This document shows, one piece after another, positions 62,522 through 64,000 of a stretch of 64,000 bases of DNA. The translations under genes were made by a program, and so were the position numbers. The DNA is from Felis catus (taxonomy: Eukaryota), in the NCBI RefSeq assembly GCF_018350175.1, contig NC_058368.1, positions 95,730,001 through 95,794,000 on the forward strand, given 5' to 3'. Position 1 is the stretch's first letter; every line of letters begins with the position of its first letter. Below the pieces are notes generated by a model. It saw only the letters and a list, made by a program, of their open reading frames with translations. It ran no database searches and was not told the DNA's origin.

Positions 62522-63798
62522 GAAGTTGCCTTAGGATTTTGAAAGACTTGAACACTGTTGCATTTTGTGGCATAGCATTTGAGGCCCTCTCCTGCCCTGT
62601 CATTTGTGTGTTGTGGTAACAGCTGTCTGGGAAGAGACCCACTGGGGTCTCCCCTGAATCACCTCAGAACGTGTGTGGCTTGGCCCTCTTGTGTAGGCAA
62701 TTGCTTTTGTCAACCAACTCACTTTTCATGGAAGAATGGCCATTCTGGCCCTGCCTTGGCGAGCTGCTAAAGCATGTGGCTGGTCACTTAACCATCGCCC
62801 TGCAATTCAGATACACTTTGGAGGAGATGACCTTGACCGCACGGCCCCACGATAGCCATGAAAAAATTTGGTTGAGAGACACAATATTCTCAGTGATGTA
62901 AGATCTGTCATTGGATTCAACCAGATGACCACATCTTTATCAACATCCTGTACTCTTGCTTTTGTGGTATTGCCCCTTAGGCTTGTCATCAGCTTATATT
63001 GAAGGATGTCATCAGAAACCAAACTATGGAGCTCTGTGGCTTATTTCCTAGAAGGATGAAGTTGCTGGTTCAGCACATGACAGAGTAGCTTTCTTGTAGG
63101 AGTCTGGAAGAGGTATTTCTCTGTGCTTCTTCAGAGCGATTGGTATATCTTTATCTTATGAACACACTAAATTACATAACTAGTCATATTTCCTCTTCCT
63201 GCTGACAGATAGAAAGGGAGTAACAAATTTGAGCTCTCCCTTTACTATGTGCATAGGATTTTATGGCATAAATGTTGTTAACTTATCTCCTGGCACCTTC
63301 ACATTTATTACCCTTACTTTTTCATTGCCTCAACTTTCTTGCAGACTGAGAACATATTTCATTTTTCTATCCTACGTGTTTCTTCACGAGTCGCCCTGTG
63401 TTTCTGAAGCGAGGCAAGACACATAGTTGGGTGTTGTGCGTGCTTGTGTGTTTAAACATGAGTATTCGCTAAAGACTAAATCGAGAGGCTTCAGCCCAGA
63501 CCGCCAAAGAATCCAGAGAAGGTGAGTGAGATGATAAAGTGGGGTGAGATAGGAAATAGTGTAAAGAGAACTGGCAGAACTTTGGCACAAGAATAGACTT
63601 CGCTACGTCCTTGACGTGGAGGCTGAGCTGAATATGAGAATCCTGTGATTGGCTTGGACTACCCCATACCGGAAGGTAGAAAAAGACTTGGAGGAAATGG
63701 AAGTAGTTCTAGAAAACATGCCAAAGCTGCGTAGCCCTGCATGTATCGAATTATTTTGCACTGGGAAATGGAGACGGGGCATATAGTTACCACGTCTG

Positions 63799-64000
63799 AT
63801 TTTTTTTTTTAATATTTATTTTTGAGACAGAGAGACAGAGAGAGACAGAGAGTAAGTGGGGAGGGGCAGAGGAAAGAGGGAGACACAGAATCCAAAGCAG
63901 GCTCCAAGCTCTGAGCTGTCAGCACAGAGCCCGATGCCAGGCTCGAACTCATGAACCAGGAGATCGTGACCTGAGCTGAAGTCAGGTGCTTAACTGGTTG
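63799..64000 (-). mobile_element. CanSINE, cut by the window end
   Basis: T tail, GAGA tract, body running to the window edge. Confidence 0.93.

Noticed and set aside
1..64000. CRISPR-like array, operon or other prokaryotic system
   Set aside because: The repeats are dispersed ~200-bp SINEs in both orientations with TSDs; there is no regular repeat-spacer array and no long ORFs.

Overview
This is non-coding mammalian genomic DNA, not prokaryotic. About 55 carnivore tRNA-derived SINEs (CanSINE/SINEC), many with the feliform-type CTCAGAGCCTGGAGCCTGCTTCGGATTCTGTGTCTCCC core, point to a cat or other feliform genome. No protein-coding exon or known gene could be recognised: the supplied ORFs are SINE read-throughs, decayed L1 fragments or chance frames. 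The window holds a near full-length decayed minus-strand L1 (about 38816-46756) carrying nested SINEs and a Tigger2-type DNA transposon, plus older L1, L2, MIR, MER and MLT remnants and microsatellites. The best functional candidate is a plus-strand TATA promoter and first exon at about 27.85-28.09 kb. The most unusual structures are local DNA-repair or retrotransposition scars: a ~104-bp inverted copy of nearby unique DNA inside the L1, a duplication-inversion-duplication inside one SINE, and a tail-only insertion with an 18-bp target-site duplication (TSD). I found no evidence for a new multi-gene biological system. Repeat family names come from my recollection of consensus sequences and boundaries are approximate.
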